Positions 60,064 to 64,000 of a stretch of DNA of 64,000 bases are shown here, piece by piece (the stretch's first letter is position 1; each line of letters opens with the position of its first letter). This stretch comes from an uncultured Candidatus Rokubacteria bacterium (GTDB lineage Bacteria; Methylomirabilota; Methylomirabilia; Rokubacteriales; CSP1-6): contig CAVXJS010000011.1 in assembly GCA_963762145.1 (NCBI GenBank), positions 544,001 through 608,000 of the forward strand. Direction: 5' to 3'. Both the position numbers and the translations under genes were made by a program. A model generated the notes under the pieces. It was not told where the DNA came from. It did not search any database and saw only the letters and a program-made list of their open reading frames with translations.

Positions 60064-61256
60064 GCAAGCCGTTCGCCGGCGTCCGCATCCTCGACTTCAC
60101 CCGCTATCTGGCCGGCCCGTACGGCACCTACCAGCTCGCGCTCCTCGGCGCCGACGTCGTCAAGATCGAGTCGCACGAGGGCGACGAGACGCGCGGCCAG
60201 CTCGCCGACCGAAGTGGGCGGAGCGCAAGATGGCGCCGTCCTTCCTGGCCGTGAACGGCAACAAGCGCAGCATCACGCTCGACCTCCGTAAGCCGGAGGC
60301 GATCGAGATCGTCAAGCGGCTCGTGGTCGGCGCCGACGTGGTCTGGGAGAACTTCCGCGGCGGCGTCATGGACCGGCTCGGCCTCGGCTACGAGGCGCTC
60401 GTCCGCCATCAATCCGCGGCTCATCTACTGCGGCGTCTCGGGCTTCGGCCGGACCGGGCCGGAGCAGACGACCGCGGCCTTCGACGGCAAGCTGCAGGCG
60501 ATGTCCGGGATCATGTCGATCACCGGCGAGCCCGCGTCGGGCCCGACGCGCGCGGGCTTCGCGATCTGCGACACCATCGGCGGCATGACCGCGGCGCTCG
60601 CGGTGGCGAGCGCGCTCTTCCAGCGCACGCACACCGGGCGCGGGCAGCTCGTGGACGTGGCGATGCTGGACGCGGCGCTCGCCTTCATCCGCGGGGCCGG
60701 TGTCCGAGTACACGGTGGCCGGCATCGAGCAGAAGCAGATCGGCAACGGCTCGGTGAGCCGCAAGCCGACCGCGAGCCGCTTCCGCGCGCGCGACGGCTA
60801 CATCGTGCTGGCCGTCCTCACCGAGAAGCAGTTCGCGAGCCTGATGAAGGCGCTCGGCCGGCCCGACGCGCTCGCCGATCCGCGCTTCAAGGACTGGCCG
60901 GCGCGCACCGCGAACGAGCCCGCCCTGCGCGAGATCATCGAGCAGCGCGCTCGCCACCGACGACGCGCGCAGCGTGGGAGGCGCGGCTGACCGCGGCCGA
61001 CGTGCCCTGCGGCTCGATCTGGAAGATCGACGAGATCGTCGGCCACCCGCAGCTCGAGCACCGCGACGTGCTGCAGACCATCGACTCGCGCTACGGGCCG
61101 ATGCGGCTGGTCGGCGCGGGCTTCCGCCTCGAGCACGGCAGCCCGGGCATCGACCGGGAGCCGCCGACGCTCGGCGAGCACACCGACGAGATCCTGGACG
61201 AGGCCGGCTACAGCGCGGAGGAGATCGAGCGGCTTCGGCGCGACGCGGTGGTGTGA
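60060..61256 (+). CDS. CaiB/BaiF family CoA transferase, apparent frameshifts
   Basis: ATGA overlap; ILDFTRYLAGP, GADVVKIE, NGNKRSITLDL, ADVVWENFR, PPTLGEHT. Confidence 0.9.
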
Positions 61257-61269
61257 GGGGTCGCGGGGC

Positions 61270-62298
61270 GTGAGGCTCGCGGTGACGGACGGGGTCGTGA
61301 AGACGGACCGGCACAGCACCTTCTACCTGGATGCCGGCGCGCCCGACGCGCCCGTCATCGTGTTCGTGCACGGGTGGCCCGAGCTCTCGCTCTCCTGGCG
61401 GCACCAGCTCCGGTGCTTCGCGGACCTCGGGTTCCGCGCGGTCGCGCCCGACATGCGCGGCTACGGCCGCTCCGGCGTGTACCGGCGCCACGAGGACTAC
61501 GCGATCGAGCACGCGGTGGCCGACATGCTCGAGCTGCTCGACGCGCTCGGGCGGGAGAAGGCGGTCTGGGTCGGCCACGACTGGGGGAGCCCGGTGGTCT
61601 GGAGCCTCGCGAGCCATCACCCGGAGCGCTGCTGGGGGGTGGCCAACCTGTGCGTCCCGTACCTGTCGGGCGGCTTTTCTCCGCGCAACCTGATCCCGCT
61701 CGTGAACCGCGCGGTCTATCCGGAGGCGCAGTACCCGGCGGGGCAGTGGGACTACATGCTCTTCTACGAGGAGAGCTTCGAGAAGGCCTGTACCGGCTTC
61801 GACGCCGACCCGCGCAACCTGGTCAAGGCGCTCTTCCGGAAGGGAAGCCCCGGCGGCAAGGGAAAGCCGTCGCGCACCGCGCAGACCCGGAAGGACGGTG
61901 GCTGGTTCGGAGGCACCGGCCAGGTGCCCGACGTGCCCATGGACGCGGACGTGGTGACCGCGGAGGAGCTGGAGACGTACGCGGCCGGTCTCGCGCGCAA
62001 CGGCTTCTTCGGTCCGGATTCCTGGTACATGAACGCGGAGCGCAATCTAGAGTACGCGAAGCTTGCGAAGGATGGCGGCGTGCTGAGCCTGCCCGCCCTG
62101 TTCCTGCACGGCGAGTACGACTACACCTGCGAGACCGTCGAGTCCCGGCTCGCCGAGCCGATGCGGCGCGATTGCCGGAACCTCACCGAGGTGGTCGTGT
62201 CCTCGGGACACTGGATGGCGCAGGAGAAGCCGCGGGCCGTGAATGCCGCCCTTGCGAAGTGGCTGGTGACCCAGCTGCCGGAGATCTGGCCCGTCTGA
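61270..62298 (+). CDS. Alpha/beta hydrolase, epoxide-hydrolase family
   Basis: HGWPE, DMRGYG, GHDWG nucleophile Asp, GHWMAQE. Confidence 0.9.
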   Translation: MRLAVTDGVVKTDRHSTFYLDAGAPDAPVIVFVHGWPELSLSWRHQLRCFADLGFRAVAPDMRGYGRSGVYRRHEDYAIEHAVADMLELLDALGREKAVWVGHDWGSPVVWSLASHHPERCWGVANLCVPYLSGGFSPRNLIPLVNRAVYPEAQYPAGQWDYMLFYEESFEKACTGFDADPRNLVKALFRKGSPGGKGKPSRTAQTRKDGGWFGGTGQVPDVPMDADVVTAEELETYAAGLARNGFFGPDSWYMNAERNLEYAKLAKDGGVLSLPALFLHGEYDYTCETVESRLAEPMRRDCRNLTEVVVSSGHWMAQEKPRAVNAALAKWLVTQLPEIWPV

Positions 62299-62330
62299 CG
62301 TCACCGCTCCAGCCGGAGGAGGTCCCGATC

Positions 62331-63305
62331 ATGTTGCGTACACGCATCTGCGAGCTGCTGGGTATCGAGCACCCGATCGTCCTCGGCGGCATGGGCACCG
62401 GGACCTCGCCGGCGCTGGTGGCCGCCGTCTCGGCCGCGGGCGGCCTCGGCGTGCTCGGCGCGACCCGCCAGGATCCCGCCGAGGTGGGCCGCGACGCCGC
62501 GGCGATTCGCGCCCTGACCGGCACGCCGTTCGGGCTGAACCTGCTCCTGTTCATGGAGCGACCCGGGCAGTACGACGGCCTCCTGGCCGCCCGCCCCCGG
62601 GTGATCTCAACCGCCTGGCCGGGGCTGGAGCAGGATCTCGGCGGCTACGTCGCCCGGGCGCACAAGATCGGCGCCCTGTTCATGCACATGGTCTCCACGG
62701 TGGCCGAGGCGAAAGCCGCGGCTCGCGCCGGGGCGGACGTGATCGTGGCGCAGGGGACCGAGGGCGGCGGCCACATCGGCCTCATGGGTACGATGCCGCT
62801 CGTCCCGATGGTGGTCAGCGCGGTGGCGCCGACGCCAGTGCTGGCGGCCGGCGGCGTCGCGGACGGGCGGGGGCTGGCCGCGGCCCTGGCCCTGGGCGCG
62901 GATGGGGTGCTCCTGGGCACACGCTTCCTGGCCACGGAGGAGGCGCCGATCGCCAAGGGCTTCAAGCAGGCGATCGTGGAGAGCGACGGCCACGACACGC
63001 TGGTGACCGACATCCCCGACGTGGCGAACGACCAGGTCTGGCCCGGCGCCTACGTGCGCGTTCGGCGCAATCGCTTCATCGAAGAGTGGATGGGGCGTGG
63101 CCATGAGCTGCGCCGGCACCGCGCCGAGGTGAGCGCCCAGCTCCGGGAGGCCGCCAAGGCGGGCGACCCGGACCGGGGCGCGATCATGATCGGCCAGACC
63201 GCCGGCCTCATCGACCGCGTCGAGCCGGCCGCGGACCTGGTGCGGCAGATCAGCCGCGACGCCGAGACCATCCTGCGCGAGCGCCTGCCGCGCCTGCTTG
63301 CCTGA
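62331..63305 (+). CDS. Nitronate monooxygenase/FabK-like flavoprotein
   Basis: GIEHPIVLGGM, QGTEGGGH, AAGGVADGRG, GTRF, GQTAGL. Confidence 0.9.
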   Translation: MLRTRICELLGIEHPIVLGGMGTGTSPALVAAVSAAGGLGVLGATRQDPAEVGRDAAAIRALTGTPFGLNLLLFMERPGQYDGLLAARPRVISTAWPGLEQDLGGYVARAHKIGALFMHMVSTVAEAKAAARAGADVIVAQGTEGGGHIGLMGTMPLVPMVVSAVAPTPVLAAGGVADGRGLAAALALGADGVLLGTRFLATEEAPIAKGFKQAIVESDGHDTLVTDIPDVANDQVWPGAYVRVRRNRFIEEWMGRGHELRRHRAEVSAQLREAAKAGDPDRGAIMIGQTAGLIDRVEPAADLVRQISRDAETILRERLPRLLA

Positions 63306-63312
63306 GGGAGAC

Positions 63313-64000
63313 ATGACCGAAAAGAGACCGGCGACGGCGTCACGCGGCATGGTGGTCACCAATCACCCGCTCGGCTCGGCGGCGGGAGCGGAGATGCTCG
63401 CGGCGGGCGGCAACGCGGTGGACGCGGCCATCGGCGCGCTCTTCGCGCTCACCGTGGTGGAGCCGATGATGGTGGGCATCTTCGGCGCGGGCATGACCCA
63501 CCTGCGGCTGGCCGACGGCCGGCACCTCGTCATCGACAACTACACGACGGCGCCGGCCGCCTCGCGGCCCGACATGTTCAAGCCGGTCTCGGACACCTGG
63601 CCCGACTACCTGCGCGCCGAGGGCGACGTGAACCTGGTCGGCCTGCTCTCGGTGGGCGTGCCCGGCACGCTGAAGGCCTGGACGGAGGCGGTGGCGCGCT
63701 TCGGGCGCCTCGACCTCGAGACCGTGATGCAGCCCGCGATCCGCCACGCCGAGCGCGGCTTCCGCGCCACCCCGTACCTGGTGGCGGCGGTGACGGAGAC
63801 CGCGCCCGAGCTCGCGCGCTTCCCCGAGACCGCGCGGACCTTCCTGCCCGGAGGTGCCCCCATCAAGGCGGGCGACCTGATCGTGATGCCGGAGTATGCG
63901 GCCACGCTGCGGCTGATCGCGGCCAAGGGGGCCGGCGTGCTCTACGGCGGCGACCTCGGCGCAACGGTGGCGGACTACATGCGCCAGGACGGCGGCATCA
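63313..64000 (+). CDS. ggt: Gamma-glutamyltransferase, runs off window edge
   Basis: Not in the ORF track; my translation gives GMVVTNHPLGSAAGAEMLAAGGNAVDAA...VVEPMMVGIFGAG...VGVPGTL. Confidence 0.92.
   Translation, partial: MTEKRPATASRGMVVTNHPLGSAAGAEMLAAGGNAVDAAIGALFALTVVEPMMVGIFGAGMTHLRLADGRHLVIDNYTTAPAASRPDMFKPVSDTWPDYLRAEGDVNLVGLLSVGVPGTLKAWTEAVARFGRLDLETVMQPAIRHAERGFRATPYLVAAVTETAPELARFPETARTFLPGGAPIKAGDLIVMPEYAATLRLIAAKGAGVLYGGDLGATVADYMRQDGGI

Noticed and set aside
1-64000. Many long overlapping or antisense ORFs rich in Arg, Gly, Pro and Ala (e.g. 34806-36656, 50100-52643, 55921-58509)
   Set aside because: Shadow ORFs expected from very high GC3; they lack family motifs and overlap well-supported genes.
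1-64000. CRISPR array, tRNA (including tRNA-Sec), rRNA
   Set aside because: No regularly spaced repeat-spacer series or cloverleaf seen; intergenic gaps are mostly short. Sec machinery would have to lie outside the window.

Overview
A very GC-rich, gene-dense bacterial window. Family-5 ABC solute-binding proteins with Tat leaders, LLM oxidoreductases, CaiB-type CoA transferases and hydantoinases suggest an uncultured soil or aquifer lineage such as Ca. Rokubacteria, but that taxonomy is an inference. I see about 60 CDS and no rRNA, tRNA or CRISPR array. Main contents: peptide-type ABC transporters; two paralogous hybrid histidine kinases around htpG; a family-1 encapsulin with its ferritin-like cargo; a Cu-type P1B ATPase; a DUF222-HNH endonuclease; an organoarsenic operon (arsR, arsI-like, arsM, aquaglyceroporin, arsN, arsC); a Rieske oxygenase/extradiol dioxygenase/ABC cluster; and a long catabolic run at 48.5-64 kb. 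The most notable signal is two probable selenoproteins that the ORF track splits at an in-frame TGA. One is a Tat-exported DUF411/CopG-family protein with a U-G-C-C motif (18683-19150). The other is a stand-alone GrdB/PrdB-like protein with U-P-V-C (59121-60063), lying between a CCG-domain Fe-S protein and a CoA transferase. Each TGA is followed by a SECIS-like hairpin at near-identical spacing. Several blocks carry dense single-base indels that look like long-read consensus errors rather than true pseudogenisation.
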